Position numbers and translations under genes: made by a program. From positions 11,595 to 75,594 of the forward strand of contig NZ_JAZASU010000004.1 in assembly GCF_036343215.1 (NCBI RefSeq): 64,000 nt of DNA. The letters are read 5' to 3'. This document shows, piece by piece, positions 26,547 to 37,689 of this stretch. The number at the start of each line of letters is the position of its first letter. The first letter of the stretch is position 1. The DNA comes from Dialister sp. (lineage in GTDB: Bacteria > Bacillota > Negativicutes > Veillonellales > Dialisteraceae). The notes below the pieces were generated by a model, which made no database searches, was not told where the DNA came from, and saw only the letters and a list, made by a program, of their open reading frames with translations.

Positions 26547-29500
26547 TCAGCCCCGGAAATACTTCACACCGGCTTCGATGAGGGGCTGGTATTTATTTCC
26601 GGAAATATTTTTGGCAATATTGGTGCCCCGTCTTTCGGTGTGACCCATCTTGCCCAGAACTCTTCCATCCGGGGAGGTAATGCCTTCGATGGACCAGCAG
26701 GAGCCGTTCGGATTGTACCGGCTGTCATAGGTGGCATTTCCGGAAAGATCCGTGTACTGGGTGGCAATCTGTCCATTTTCGGCAAGGGCTTTGATCTGTT
26801 CGTCGGAGGCGATGAAACGGCCTTCGCCATGGCTGATGGCAATGCTGTAGAGATCTCCCGGTTTGCAGAGGGAAAGCCAGGGAGATTTCGTGGAAACCAC
26901 TTTCGTGGTGACATAACGGGAAAGATGGCGTCCGATGGTATTGAAAGTCAAAGTCGGCGCATCATCGGTCAGAGGCTTGAATTCACCGTAGGGTACGAGA
27001 CCCAGTTTGATGAGTGCCTGGAAACCGTTGCAGATGCCAAGGGCGAGGCCATCCCTTTCATGGAGCAGTTTTTCCATGGCATTCTTCAGCGCATCATTCC
27101 GGAAGACCGCTGCGATGAATTTGCCGCTTCCGTCCGGTTCGTCGCCTGCAGAGAAGCCGCCGGGGAACATGACGATCTGGGCATGGCGGATCCGTTCTGC
27201 CATTTCTTCCACTGCTTCTTTGAGTTCTTTTGAATCCCTGTTTCTGAAGATAAATACATCGGATACGGCCCCTGCCCTTTCAAAGGCCCGGGCGCTGTCC
27301 ACTTCGCAGTTGGTTCCCGGCATGGTGGGGATGAAAACTCTCGGTCTTGAGATATTCGTATGGACGTAGAAGACCGGATGGAATGTCTTGTCCGGAAGAT
27401 CCGGTACTTTTTCATCGCTCCCTTTGGCGCGGCGCGGGAAAATGGGATCCAGCGGTGCTTCATAGGCTTTGAGGAGATCGGAGAGGGCAATGGTTTCGCC
27501 ATAGGCTTCCATGGTATCTCCGCCTACGGTGCCAAGAAGCTTTGTATGAGGCTGTTTTGTAAATTCTGCTGCCAGTTCCGGCGTCGTTTCCACGATGATG
27601 GCACCATAGAAATTTCCGAAGAACTTCGGGAGCGGCAGATTTTCAGTGAGTTTCACGCCCAGTTTGTTGCCGAAGGCCATTTTAGCCAGGGTTCCTGCAA
27701 CTCCGCCATGATCTACGGCTTTCATGGCTGCAATATGGCCTGCCTGTACTTCTTTATAGAGGAAATCGGCATGGGCTTTAAATACGTCCAGGTTTGGCAT
27801 GCCTTCTTTATCTTTCGGCATTCCGAAGAGGACGAGGGCATCTCCTTCTTTCTTCAGTTCCTGGCTTACGGCTTCAGAAGCTTTGCCCGGAGCTACGGCA
27901 AAGGAAACAAGGGTCGGCGGGACATGAATATCATTGAAAGTACCACTCATGGAATCCTTGCCGCCAATGGCGCCAAGTCCCAGGGCTTCCTGCATATGGA
28001 ATGCCCCCAGGAGAGCTGCGGCCGGTTTGCCCCAGCTCTTTTTGTCGGTGAGTTTTTCGAAATATTCCTGGAGCGTCAGATAAGCTTTTCTCCAGTCCGC
28101 CCCCAGGGATACCAGACGGGTCACCGAGAGGAGGACGGCATAGACAGCCCCATGGAAAGGAGACCAGGTGGCCAGTGCCGGATCATAACCGTGAGTCATG
28201 AAAGAAGCGCTGTCTGTTTCTCCCTTTCTCACCGGGAACTTGGCCACCATGCCGTCGGTCGGTGTTTTCTGATAAGCGCCGCCAAAGGGCATGAGTACAG
28301 TGCCTGCTCCGACGGTGGAGTCGAACCGTTCGGAAAGTCCCTGCTGGGAGCAGTTATTGAGGTCTCCCATGAATTTGAGCCAGGTTTCTTTCACCGATTT
28401 GATGGCTGCCGGATGGAAATAGCCGGCTTCATCAGGCTTTGCGATATAGGCGGATTTCACCTGCTGGGCACCGTTTGTATCGAGGAAGGCTCTGGAAATA
28501 TCGACAATGGGAGTCCCTCTCCATTTCATGATGAGTCGTTTTGTATCGGTTACATTGGCAATGACGGTAGCTTCCAGATTTTCTTCTGCCGCATATTTGA
28601 TGAACCGGTCTGCATCTGCTTTTCTGACAACCACGGCCATTCGTTCCTGGGATTCGGAAATAGCCAGTTCCGTGCCGTCGAGACCTTCATATTTCTTTGG
28701 TACTTTATCCAGATTGATATCGAGACCGTCTGTCAATTCTCCGACAGCCACGGATACGCCGCCGGCGCCGAAATCATTGCACCGTTTGATGAGACGGGTC
28801 ACTTCTCCCCTACGGAAAAGGCACTGGATTTTCCGTTCTGTCAGAGGATTGCCCTTCTGTACTTCAGCACCGCAGGTTTCGATGGATTCCGTATTCAGTT
28901 CCTTGGAAGATCCCGTAGCCCCGCCCATTCCGTCACGGCCGGTCCGCCCGCCTACCAGAATGACTACATCTCCCGGCTCCGGAGTTAAACGGATGACATG
29001 ATCTTCCGGGGCTCCGGCAACCAATGCGCCGATTTCCATGCGCTTTGCCACAAATCCGGGATGGTAATATTCCTTGACTTCGCCGGTGGCAAGGCCAATC
29101 TGGTTTCCATAGGAGCTGTACCCTTTGGCCGCCTCAATGGTGATCTTCCGCTGGGGAAGTTTGCCCGGGAGCGTCTCGGAAAGCGGAGTCCTCGGATCTC
29201 CGGCGCCGGTGACGCGCATGGCCTGATATACATAGGAACGGCCGGAAAGGGGATCCCGGATGCATCCGCCCAGACAGGTGGCTGCCCCGCCGAAGGGTTC
29301 GATTTCCGTCGGATGGTTGTGGGTTTCATTCTTGAAGAGGAGGAGCCAATCCTGCATTCCTTCTTCCGTATCCACTTTGACTTTGATGGTACAGGCATTG
29401 ATTTCTTCGGACTGGTCGAGATTTTCGAGTTTCCCTTCTTTCCGGAGGGCTTTGACCGCTGCGGTGGCCATATCCATAAGGGTCACGGGGCGTTTTATAT

Positions 29501-30299
29501 CTTTGCCGTAAATATGGATTCTCGTTTCTTTATATTCATCAAGTGCTTTCGCAATGGGCGCGCTGTAGGTACCTTCTTCCACGCCGATATCGGTGAGTTT
29601 CGTGGAAAAAGTGGTATGGCGGCAGTGATCGGACCAGTAAGTATCGAGCACTTTAACTTCGGTGACAGTAGGATCTCTCTTTTCTTCATCCCGGAAATAG
29701 TCACGGATCATGGCGAGATCGTCATGACTCATGGCAAGTCCCATGGATTGGATGAGGTCATCAATGCCTTTGTCATCAAGTTTTGTAAGGCCTTCCACTG
29801 CAGGAACCGGTTTTGGTTCTTCAATGGGAAGATCAAGGGTATCTGCCGGAGCCAGGGATGCTTCTCTTGATTCCACCGGGTTTACGAGGAATTTCAGGAT
29901 TTTCTCCCGGTCTCCATCCGCAAAATGGCCATTGAAAACATAAACAAGGGCACAGCGCACTCTGGCGCCATCTTTTCCTGTCACAATGGCCAGGCACTGT
30001 TCGGCAGAATCGGCTCTCTGGTCATACTGGCCCGGCAGGAATTCCACCCCCAGCACCAGATTCCCTTTCGGACATTCCGTAGTGATGCTGTCTACCGGCG
30101 GTTCAGAGAAAACGGTGGCTACGGCCTTTTCATAATCTTCATCGGTGAGGCCGTCCACATCATAGCGATGGTAAATGGCAGAATCGGAAATGCGATCCCC
30201 CAGCACCTCGCGGAGCTGACTGGTCAGGCTTTCCTCTCCCTGGCGGAAACCTTCTTTCTTTCTTACGTACAAACGTCTGATATCAGACACTTTCAACAC
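26547..30299 (-). CDS. purL: Phosphoribosylformylglycinamidine synthase (fused large type)
   Basis: WSDHCRH, KNETHNHPTEIEPFGGAAT, NDFGAGG, GGKDSMSG and the glutaminase domain PGGFS...GICNGFQ...MGHTER. Confidence 0.97.
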   Translation of the reverse strand: MLKVSDIRRLYVRKKEGFRQGEESLTSQLREVLGDRISDSAIYHRYDVDGLTDEDYEKAVATVFSEPPVDSITTECPKGNLVLGVEFLPGQYDQRADSAEQCLAIVTGKDGARVRCALVYVFNGHFADGDREKILKFLVNPVESREASLAPADTLDLPIEEPKPVPAVEGLTKLDDKGIDDLIQSMGLAMSHDDLAMIRDYFRDEEKRDPTVTEVKVLDTYWSDHCRHTTFSTKLTDIGVEEGTYSAPIAKALDEYKETRIHIYGKDIKRPVTLMDMATAAVKALRKEGKLENLDQSEEINACTIKVKVDTEEGMQDWLLLFKNETHNHPTEIEPFGGAATCLGGCIRDPLSGRSYVYQAMRVTGAGDPRTPLSETLPGKLPQRKITIEAAKGYSSYGNQIGLATGEVKEYYHPGFVAKRMEIGALVAGAPEDHVIRLTPEPGDVVILVGGRTGRDGMGGATGSSKELNTESIETCGAEVQKGNPLTERKIQCLFRRGEVTRLIKRCNDFGAGGVSVAVGELTDGLDINLDKVPKKYEGLDGTELAISESQERMAVVVRKADADRFIKYAAEENLEATVIANVTDTKRLIMKWRGTPIVDISRAFLDTNGAQQVKSAYIAKPDEAGYFHPAAIKSVKETWLKFMGDLNNCSQQGLSERFDSTVGAGTVLMPFGGAYQKTPTDGMVAKFPVRKGETDSASFMTHGYDPALATWSPFHGAVYAVLLSVTRLVSLGADWRKAYLTLQEYFEKLTDKKSWGKPAAALLGAFHMQEALGLGAIGGKDSMSGTFNDIHVPPTLVSFAVAPGKASEAVSQELKKEGDALVLFGMPKDKEGMPNLDVFKAHADFLYKEVQAGHIAAMKAVDHGGVAGTLAKMAFGNKLGVKLTENLPLPKFFGNFYGAIIVETTPELAAEFTKQPHTKLLGTVGGDTMEAYGETIALSDLLKAYEAPLDPIFPRRAKGSDEKVPDLPDKTFHPVFYVHTNISRPRVFIPTMPGTNCEVDSARAFERAGAVSDVFIFRNRDSKELKEAVEEMAERIRHAQIVMFPGGFSAGDEPDGSGKFIAAVFRNDALKNAMEKLLHERDGLALGICNGFQALIKLGLVPYGEFKPLTDDAPTLTFNTIGRHLSRYVTTKVVSTKSPWLSLCKPGDLYSIAISHGEGRFIASDEQIKALAENGQIATQYTDLSGNATYDSRYNPNGSCWSIEGITSPDGRVLGKMGHTERRGTNIAKNISGNKYQPLIEAGVKYFRG

Positions 30300-30663
30300 T
30301 CCTTCCCCTCGCGGGCAAATCCCGCAATGCTCAAGAAACAGCGAAAATGTTCATGGTTATACATTATTATATTACCACAAAGGGCCGCCCGCCTGCGATA
30401 AAAAAGTAGGGATTGGACCGGCCAGAATTTTGGAATTGTCATTCGCTATTCGGGTTTGCTGCTCATCAGATGTCAGCCATCAGTGAAATAACATTGGATA
30501 TTTTAAAAAATCTACTCGGGATACCAGGAATGACCAGGTGTTAAAAAAGCTGTTTTCGATCCCATAAAAAGCCTCAAGCATCCAATATCCCTGCGGCCGG
30601 GAGGGAAATATTCCACTAAAAAGGATTCTCTCCTCTGAGAGAATCCTTCCACGCCCTACACAC

Positions 30664-30864
30664 TTATTTCCCTGCTTCTTTCCCGTAAAGCCTTTCCATG
30701 CCTGCCCTGGTGATGAGCCAGACCCTTCCCGACTGACGGCATTCTTCTTTCGAAAACCGGGGCGGGTAGCCTTTCTGCCCCCGGCAGGCGGATTTCAGGG
30801 TATTGGGTGAAACATGCCACCGCACTGCCGCTTCTACGATTGTCATGACATCATCTATAATCAT
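30664..30864 (-). CDS. Small helix-turn-helix DNA-binding protein
   Basis: VMTIVEAAVRWHVSPNTLKSAC...CRQSGRVWLITRAGMERLYG; RBS AGGAGG. Confidence 0.78.
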   Translation of the reverse strand: MIIDDVMTIVEAAVRWHVSPNTLKSACRGQKGYPPRFSKEECRQSGRVWLITRAGMERLYGKEAGK

Positions 30865-31200
30865 AGTCCTCCTTTGCCTGCGATTTTACTCACTTTTTCC
30901 GGTTCCCGATCTACGCCGGAGTCCTCCGGAGAGGCCTGTCTCTGCCCTGTTGAGGCTCTTCAGGGAGATAAAAAGTAATGTCAGGGAAATGATCAATGTA
31001 ATTCTTTTCATGGATTCCCCTTTTCCACAACCATGAATCCTGCCCCCTCCTTTCCATCTTACAGAAACAGCATACCACCCGCCTGTGACAACATCTGTCA
31101 TAATAAAAAAATATTTCAAAAATTTTTCAATAAAAAACCGGTTAGTCGGTTCTGCCGATTAACCGGATACTTTATCTTAAATTCCTGATGGCCGGGCTTC

Positions 31201-31974
31201 TTACTTCCCGTGGGACTCCATTTCTTTTTCGGCTCCTTTTTTCTGAGCATCTCCCAGGATTTCTCCCAGGTCTTTGTAGCCTTCCGTTCCCAGAAGTTCT
31301 TCTTTTGCCGCTGCTTTGGCCAGATCATCGATGGCATAGACCAGCGGACCTTTTCCTTCATCGGGTGTGAAAAGCATGAGGATTTCCAGGTATTTCCTGT
31401 CGGAAGAGGGGAAAAGATAGGCCCTGGTGTACATCGGAAGGATGAGTCCTTCCTCATCATAAACAACCCGGGCGCCGGCGGTCAGGACATAGGCTTCATT
31501 GGCAGTGAGCCGCCGGAGCGGTTCTTCCCCTGATATGTCTACCTTCACATTTTTTTCTGCCAGAGGCCCCACGGCATTCACGGCCAGGCCCAGCATGGTC
31601 TTTTCCATTTCTTTCCGGATTTTTGATTCCGGATCCAGGAAGGCGCGGTTCAGATCAGAGAGGACTTTCCACTGCTCTTCCCCCAAATTCATTCCGAAGA
31701 AAGACATCATGGATTCCGTGGACTGCGCAGGAACACGGGTGCGAACAATGTAGCCGGAAGAAAATTTCTTAGCGCTGTTCAGATTGACTGCCAGCTGGCC
31801 CATCTGGTAGGACACTTCTCCTCCTGCGAAAGGAATCTTTTCGGTACCGGGAATATCTTTGTAGGTAAACCGCTCCGGCAGGTTCTGATCTGCCAGGACC
31901 TGAATGTCATAAGCCATGGCCGCCTGCCCTGCCAGAAGGGAAAGAGCAAGAAGGAGGGATGTGATTTTTTTCAT
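31201..31974 (-). CDS. Hypothetical exported protein
   Basis: Signal peptide MKKITSLLLALSLLAGQAAMA. Confidence 0.75.
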   Translation of the reverse strand: MKKITSLLLALSLLAGQAAMAYDIQVLADQNLPERFTYKDIPGTEKIPFAGGEVSYQMGQLAVNLNSAKKFSSGYIVRTRVPAQSTESMMSFFGMNLGEEQWKVLSDLNRAFLDPESKIRKEMEKTMLGLAVNAVGPLAEKNVKVDISGEEPLRRLTANEAYVLTAGARVVYDEEGLILPMYTRAYLFPSSDRKYLEILMLFTPDEGKGPLVYAIDDLAKAAAKEELLGTEGYKDLGEILGDAQKKGAEKEMESHGK

Positions 31975-32756
31975 CAGCTTTCACTCCTTTTCAGACTGTA
32001 AAATCCATAGATCAGGATCGGTTCCATTTCCCTGGCGGTGGCATGGCTGCCATTCGTCATGAGCAGGAAATAGGTATCCCCTTCTTTGAAGAGAGCGGAA
32101 TAAATCCACATAGGGAAGGAAAGACCTTTTTCATTGGTCATGACCACCCGCACCTCCTGGGCCCAGTGATAGGTCCCGTCATCTCCTTTATAGGCGCGCC
32201 AGGGTGTAAATTCCTGAATCCGCACATGCCCTTTTCCGCCTTTTTCTTCCATCACATGATCAATGAGACTCTGGAATTCGGAAATCTGGATTTTGGGAAG
32301 GCCGAAGAGAGAGGTGGGCCGCTCCGCATCTTCCCTGAAAGCGCTCCGCCAGAATTCCCTGGCCTTTTTCCTCCCTTCATGGAAGAAATCTTCTTCCGTC
32401 CCTTTGATGACAAAGAGGGACGCCGTATAGAGGCCGTCCACCTTTGCCTTCTTCAGCTGGTAAATATGGAGGGAATCATAGGGATAAGGAGGTTTCTCAG
32501 GATGGAGGTTCATGCCCGGTGGCACGGTAAGAATGGCCCACATGGCAGCTGCGGCGGATTTGCCATAGCCCTCGCGATGGGACCCTTCGATGAAAAACCG
32601 GTTAATCGCCGTATGCCCTCCGTCGGTGACGGAAACCCGCTGCCCGAAGGGAATCGTACCAAGGCCTTCAATGGAAAGGTCTTCAGCCTGTGCCATTCCT
32701 GTCCCGCCCAGAATAAGGGACAGGGCCAGCGTGATATTTCGAACTGTATGAAACAT
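31974..32756 (-). CDS. Hypothetical exported protein
   Basis: Start reassigned to ATG 32756 (RBS AAGGAGG-like); signal peptide MFHTVRNITLALSLILGGTGMAQA; stop overlaps the next start. Confidence 0.72.
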   Translation of the reverse strand: MFHTVRNITLALSLILGGTGMAQAEDLSIEGLGTIPFGQRVSVTDGGHTAINRFFIEGSHREGYGKSAAAAMWAILTVPPGMNLHPEKPPYPYDSLHIYQLKKAKVDGLYTASLFVIKGTEEDFFHEGRKKAREFWRSAFREDAERPTSLFGLPKIQISEFQSLIDHVMEEKGGKGHVRIQEFTPWRAYKGDDGTYHWAQEVRVVMTNEKGLSFPMWIYSALFKEGDTYFLLMTNGSHATAREMEPILIYGFYSLKRSES

Positions 32757-32984
32757 GGGAACTCCTTCCTTAAAAATTGAAGCAGTTTCTTTTATTGTAT
32801 TGAAGTTTGGGAAAATTCTCAAGTGAAAGATTTCCGGTCCCCGGAAGGCTTCCTTTCCTCCGTTTCCGCCTTCCGGAATCTTCCGGCCCGGTGTTCTGCT
32901 TATGAGGACTTCCTTTCGCAGTCCGGCAGGAAATCCACTTCTGAAAAGGGGCCCTATTTCCATGAATGGCGAAGAAGCTATTTC

Positions 32985-33026
32985 TAATGAAAGTCTAATG
33001 ATACAAATCGCGTTTTTTGCTACTAT
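32985..33026 (+). promoter_or_regulatory. Second copy of the TAATGA-N5-TAATGA / TACTAT promoter
   Basis: Matches 3304-3346 (minus strand) in motif and spacing within 1 bp. Confidence 0.5.
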
Positions 33027-33338
33027 ATGTACAGAGAAAGGAAAAGGCCAAAGCCTTCCACCTGATTCCATCCTGCAGCCCGGGAAGGATGGGCAGATGG
33101 AAAGCTTACATGTAAATTCTTTCCCTGCTGCGCAGCTTCATTATTTCCTATATTTTTTAAACACAAAACAGAAAATCCCCCAAATATTTCCGGATTCACA
33201 AAACCTCTGCTTCTGCCACCAACGTTGTATCACGGCAACGCATACGTATAAGCTAACGATTTCTGCACCGTTTGAGCCGCTATGCGAAGCTCCGGTTCCT
33301 GTCATTCCTCCGGAAAGTGGGGGGCTTTCTGCTGTCCA

Positions 33339-33372
33339 AAAGGCAGTGATTCCACGAATCACTGCCTTTTTT
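33339..33372. terminator. Intrinsic terminator
   Basis: AAAAGGCAGTGATT-ccacg-AATCACTGCCTTTTTT. Confidence 0.75.
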
Positions 33373-33486
33373 TCGTGCATGAATCCCCCGGTAAAGGGAA
33401 AAATCCTCCCCGGAATCCGACGGTGCCGGATCCGACATGTCCTGACCTCTCAGAGCGGTGCGATTCCTGTGGCTTTCGGGAAAAAT

Positions 33487-33517
33487 AAAAAACATCGGAC
33501 TCTGTCCGATGTTTTTT
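33487..33517. terminator. rpoC terminator
   Basis: AAAAAACATCGGAC-tct-GTCCGATGTTTTTT. Confidence 0.8.
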
Positions 33518-33523
33518 ATTGGT

Positions 33524-36500
33524 TTATTCAGCTTCTTCTGCAGGCTGGGCAGCGGGCTGACCGTTATGAACTACATTGAGTTTGCGATAACGGCTGAGGC
33601 CGGTGCCGGCCGGAATCAATTTGCCGATGATGACGTTTTCTTTCAGGCCGAGCAGCGGATCTTCCTTGCCTTTGATAGCGGCTTCGGTAAGAACGCGGGT
33701 GGTTTCCTGGAAGGATGCAGCGGAGAGGAAGGAATCCGTAGCGAGGGCTGCCTTGGTTGTACCAAGGAGCAGGTTTTCGCCGCCGGCTTTCTTTCTGCCT
33801 TCATCTTCAAGTCTTTCATTGACAGCGCGGAATGCGACGATATCCACGGTTTCACCAGGGAGCCAGCCGGAGTCGCCCGGTTCGGTGATCTTGATCTTGC
33901 GAAGCATCTGGTGAACAATGATTTCAATGTGTTTATCATTGATTTCAACGCCCTGGCTGCGGTAAACTTTCTGGACTTCTTTTACGATGTAGTTCTGGGT
34001 AGCCTGTACACCGAGGACATCCAGGATATCGTGAGGATTGATACTGCCTTCGAAGAGACGGACGCCGGCTTCGATATGCTGGCCGTCAGTGACGGAAATC
34101 TTCTTGGCTACCGGAATCTTTTCGCTTTCCGATTCCTCATCATTGGTAATGGTGATGATCTTGACATTCGGATTGTCTTCTGCCGTGGTGATGGAGACAG
34201 TACCGGCAATTCTGGAAATAATGGCATTGCCCTTTGGTTTACGCGCTTCAAACAATTCTTCGACACGTGGAAGACCCTGGGTAATATCTTCTGCCGATGC
34301 TACGCCGCCGGTATGGAAGGTACGCATGGTCAGCTGGGTACCCGGTTCACCGATGGACTGTGCGGCAATGATGCCGACTGCTTCGCCGATTTCTACATGA
34401 CGGCCGGTTGCCAGGTTTCTGCCATAGCATTTAGCGCAGACGCCGTGGGAGGAATGGCAGGTCAGGATGGAACGGACCTTCAGTGTTTCATACTGTTTTC
34501 CGATTCTTTCCGCCTGGTCATCGGTGATTTCTTCATTCTTCTTCGCGATGACTTCACCGGTTTCCTTGTCGATTACATCTTCCAGCGGGCAGCGTCCTGC
34601 GATACGGTCTGCCAGGGATTCGATGGGCTGGCCGCTTTCTTCAATCTTGGAAACTTCCACGCCTTCCATTTCATCCATGCGGACATGAATAACCGGAATG
34701 TCTGCGGAAAGCAGGGTTTCTGCTGTTTCGGTATCGATTACGGTACCGGCCGGGAGAATGACATGGCCCTGACGGTCAATGGCATCGTCTTCCAGCTTTT
34801 TGCCGGCGAAATGAACGGTCAGGTGATGGCGCATAGCGCGGTTGTATTCTCTCACTGCATCGGAAGTGCCGAGGTCAAAGGTCTGCGGCTTTTCTTCTTC
34901 AGTACCTTCAGCAGATGGAATGATGACCGTGACGGATTCTACCAGGTGATGATTGAGAAGGGTCACATCATCTGCATCCAGGGTTTTGCCTTTGACGAGG
35001 AGGATATCCCCGTTTCTGCGGTCAATGACATCTTCATCGAGAACTGCGCCGAGGAGTTTCGGTTTCAGGCTGAAAATCTTATTTCTTACTTCCGGCTGGG
35101 AAGCGATGATGCTCTGTTCACGGTCAAAGTTCAGGACCTGTACATCGCAGTCTTCTTCGCGGACGATGACATCCTGGGATACATCGACCAGCCTGCGGGT
35201 CAGGTAACCGGAGTCTGCCGTACGAAGTGCGGTATCAGCCAGACCTTTGCGGGCACCGTGGGAAGAGGTGAAGTAATCGAGGACGGTCAGGCCTTCACGG
35301 AAGTTTGCCTTAACCGGCAGTTCTACGGTCTTGCCGGAGGTATCGGCAATCAGGCCGCGCATGCCGGCCAGCTGGCGGATCTGGTTATCATTACCACGGG
35401 CACCGGACTGGGCCATCATGGTCAGCGGGTTGAATTTCACCATGGAGCTCTTCATGGCTGCGCCCACTTCATCGGTCTTTCTGGACCATACGTCGACGAC
35501 TCTTCTGTATCTTTCATTATCGGTCATGAAACCGCGGCGGTAGGATTTCTTAATGCTTTCTACCTGGGCATCGCCTTCTGCCAGGAGTCTGTTCTTTTCA
35601 GGCGGTACAGCGACATCGTAAATACCGATGGAAATACCGGAAACGAGAGCGTAATGGAATCCGAGGGCTTTGACGGAGTCAAGGAGGTCACCGGTCGCTT
35701 TGAAGCCCAGTTTCTTGAAGCAGTCATTGACAAGTTTGCCCATCTGTTTCTTGCCGATGGTGATACCGAGGCCGTTATTGACGACTTCATAGGTATTTCC
35801 ATCTTCGCCGACTCTCTTTTCATGGCGTTTGTAGAAGAAGCGGAGTTCTCTCGGGATCGCGTAGTTGAAAATCAGGCGGCCCGGTGTTGTGATGACAAGG
35901 TCTTTGTCATCTTCATTAAATCCATCAGGGCGGTCTTCTTTCGGAATCCGTACTTTGATGAAATCATGGATCCGGATTTCATGGAGCGCATAGGCCAGCA
36001 TGACTTCGTCATAGCCGGTGTAGGCATGGAGACGGGAGGAATCCATTTCGTCTTCTGCCTTTTTCCATTCCTTCATGGGGTCGAATTTCTGGCCCGGTTT
36101 TGCTTTCTTTTCTTCATCAGTGAAGTCAACTTTGGCATCGTTCTTCGTTTCCACGATGGTCAGGTAGTAGGAGCCGAGGATCATATCCTGGGAGGGAATA
36201 GCCACCGGCTTGCCATCCTTGGTGGAAAGGATGTTGTTGATGGAAAGCATGAGGGTTCTTGCTTCCGACTGCGCTTCTACGGAAAGGGGCAGATGGCAGG
36301 CCATCTGATCCCCATCGAAGTCTGCGTTGTACCCCGGGCATACGAGCGGATGCAGTTTGATGGCGCGGCCTTCCCACAGGATTGGTTCGAAGGCCTGGAT
36401 GCCCAGTCTGTGCAGAGTCGGCGCACGGTTCAGGAGTACCGGGTGTTCTTTGATGACGTCGCCCAGGACATCCCATACTTCCGGAGCCAGTTTATCGACT

Positions 36501-37669
36501 TTCTTGCGTGCTGCCTTCAGGTTGCTAGCAATGTGTCTATCAATCAGTTCATGCATGATGAAGGGCTTGAAGAGTTCGATGGCCATTTCCTTCGGCAGGC
36601 CGCACTGGTACATTTTCAGTTCAGGACCGACAACGATTACGGAACGGCCGGAGTAATCGACACGTTTACCGAGAAGGTTCTGACGGAAACGGCCCTGTTT
36701 GCCTTTCAGCATATCAGAGAGGGACTTCAGCGGACGGTTGCCCGGTCCGGAAACGGCCCTGCCCCGGCGGCCATTATCGATGAGCGCATCGACAGCTTCC
36801 TGAAGCATGCGTTTTTCGTTTCTGATGATGATTTCCGGAGCGCCCAGTTCCATCAGTCTCTTCAGGCGGTTATTTCTATTGATTACACGGCGATAGAGAT
36901 CATTCAGGTCGGAGGTGGCGAAACGGCCGCCATCGAGCTGGACCATCGGACGAAGATCCGGAGGAATGACCGGAAGGATAGTGAGGATCATCCATTCCGG
37001 TTTGTTTCCGGAATGAAGGAAGGCTTCTACTTCTTCCAGACGGCGGATGCATTTCACTTTGCGCTGGCCGCTGCCTTCTTCGATTTCTTTCTTGAGGGCT
37101 GCTTCCAGTTCTTTCAGATCCAGTTCACGAAGGAGTTTCTGGATGGCTTCGGCACCCATCTGTGCTTTGAAGGAACCTTTACCATAGGTTTTAACGGCGT
37201 CCTGGTATTCCTGTTCGTTCAGGACCTGTTTCTTGGAGAGGTTTGTGTCTCCCGGGTCAATGACGATGTAGGCTGCGAAATAGAGAACTCTTTCCAGCTG
37301 TCTGGGAGAAATTTCAAGAATCAGGCCGATACGGGACGGGGTGCCCTTGAAATACCAGATATGGGAAACCGGGCAGGCGAGCTGGATGTGGCCCATCCGT
37401 TCACGACGTACTTTGGAAGAGGTGACTTCAACACCGCACTTATCGCAGACAGTGCCTCTGTAACGCATCTTTTTATACTTGCCGCATTTGCATTCCCAGT
37501 CTTTTGTCGGTCCGAAAATCTTTTCACAGAAAAGGCCGTCGGTTTCAGCCTTCAGGGTTCTGTAGTTGATCGTTTCCGGCTTTGTGACCTCGCCATGAGA
37601 CCATTCAAGGATCTTTTCCGGAGAGGCGATGCCGATTTTCATGGTATCAAATTCGTTTACATCTAACAA
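33524..37669 (-). CDS. rpoC: RNA polymerase beta' subunit
   Basis: [26 protein letters not shown] and SFQETTRVL motifs. Confidence 0.99.
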   Translation of the reverse strand: MLDVNEFDTMKIGIASPEKILEWSHGEVTKPETINYRTLKAETDGLFCEKIFGPTKDWECKCGKYKKMRYRGTVCDKCGVEVTSSKVRRERMGHIQLACPVSHIWYFKGTPSRIGLILEISPRQLERVLYFAAYIVIDPGDTNLSKKQVLNEQEYQDAVKTYGKGSFKAQMGAEAIQKLLRELDLKELEAALKKEIEEGSGQRKVKCIRRLEEVEAFLHSGNKPEWMILTILPVIPPDLRPMVQLDGGRFATSDLNDLYRRVINRNNRLKRLMELGAPEIIIRNEKRMLQEAVDALIDNGRRGRAVSGPGNRPLKSLSDMLKGKQGRFRQNLLGKRVDYSGRSVIVVGPELKMYQCGLPKEMAIELFKPFIMHELIDRHIASNLKAARKKVDKLAPEVWDVLGDVIKEHPVLLNRAPTLHRLGIQAFEPILWEGRAIKLHPLVCPGYNADFDGDQMACHLPLSVEAQSEARTLMLSINNILSTKDGKPVAIPSQDMILGSYYLTIVETKNDAKVDFTDEEKKAKPGQKFDPMKEWKKAEDEMDSSRLHAYTGYDEVMLAYALHEIRIHDFIKVRIPKEDRPDGFNEDDKDLVITTPGRLIFNYAIPRELRFFYKRHEKRVGEDGNTYEVVNNGLGITIGKKQMGKLVNDCFKKLGFKATGDLLDSVKALGFHYALVSGISIGIYDVAVPPEKNRLLAEGDAQVESIKKSYRRGFMTDNERYRRVVDVWSRKTDEVGAAMKSSMVKFNPLTMMAQSGARGNDNQIRQLAGMRGLIADTSGKTVELPVKANFREGLTVLDYFTSSHGARKGLADTALRTADSGYLTRRLVDVSQDVIVREEDCDVQVLNFDREQSIIASQPEVRNKIFSLKPKLLGAVLDEDVIDRRNGDILLVKGKTLDADDVTLLNHHLVESVTVIIPSAEGTEEEKPQTFDLGTSDAVREYNRAMRHHLTVHFAGKKLEDDAIDRQGHVILPAGTVIDTETAETLLSADIPVIHVRMDEMEGVEVSKIEESGQPIESLADRIAGRCPLEDVIDKETGEVIAKKNEEITDDQAERIGKQYETLKVRSILTCHSSHGVCAKCYGRNLATGRHVEIGEAVGIIAAQSIGEPGTQLTMRTFHTGGVASAEDITQGLPRVEELFEARKPKGNAIISRIAGTVSITTAEDNPNVKIITITNDEESESEKIPVAKKISVTDGQHIEAGVRLFEGSINPHDILDVLGVQATQNYIVKEVQKVYRSQGVEINDKHIEIIVHQMLRKIKITEPGDSGWLPGETVDIVAFRAVNERLEDEGRKKAGGENLLLGTTKAALATDSFLSAASFQETTRVLTEAAIKGKEDPLLGLKENVIIGKLIPAGTGLSRYRKLNVVHNGQPAAQPAEEAE

Positions 37670-37689
37670 TTGAGCGTTCTCCTTTCCGG

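Noticed and set aside
1271-29870. Other long antisense ORFs (1271-2335, 17355-19088, 22692-24017, 27360-28988, 28998-29870)
   Set aside because: They lie opposite well-supported genes and have non-protein-like composition.
30300-30660. Purine, ZTP or PRPP riboswitch upstream of purL
   Set aside because: No recognisable consensus by eye, only a short GCGGG/CCCGC hairpin; an Infernal scan would be needed.
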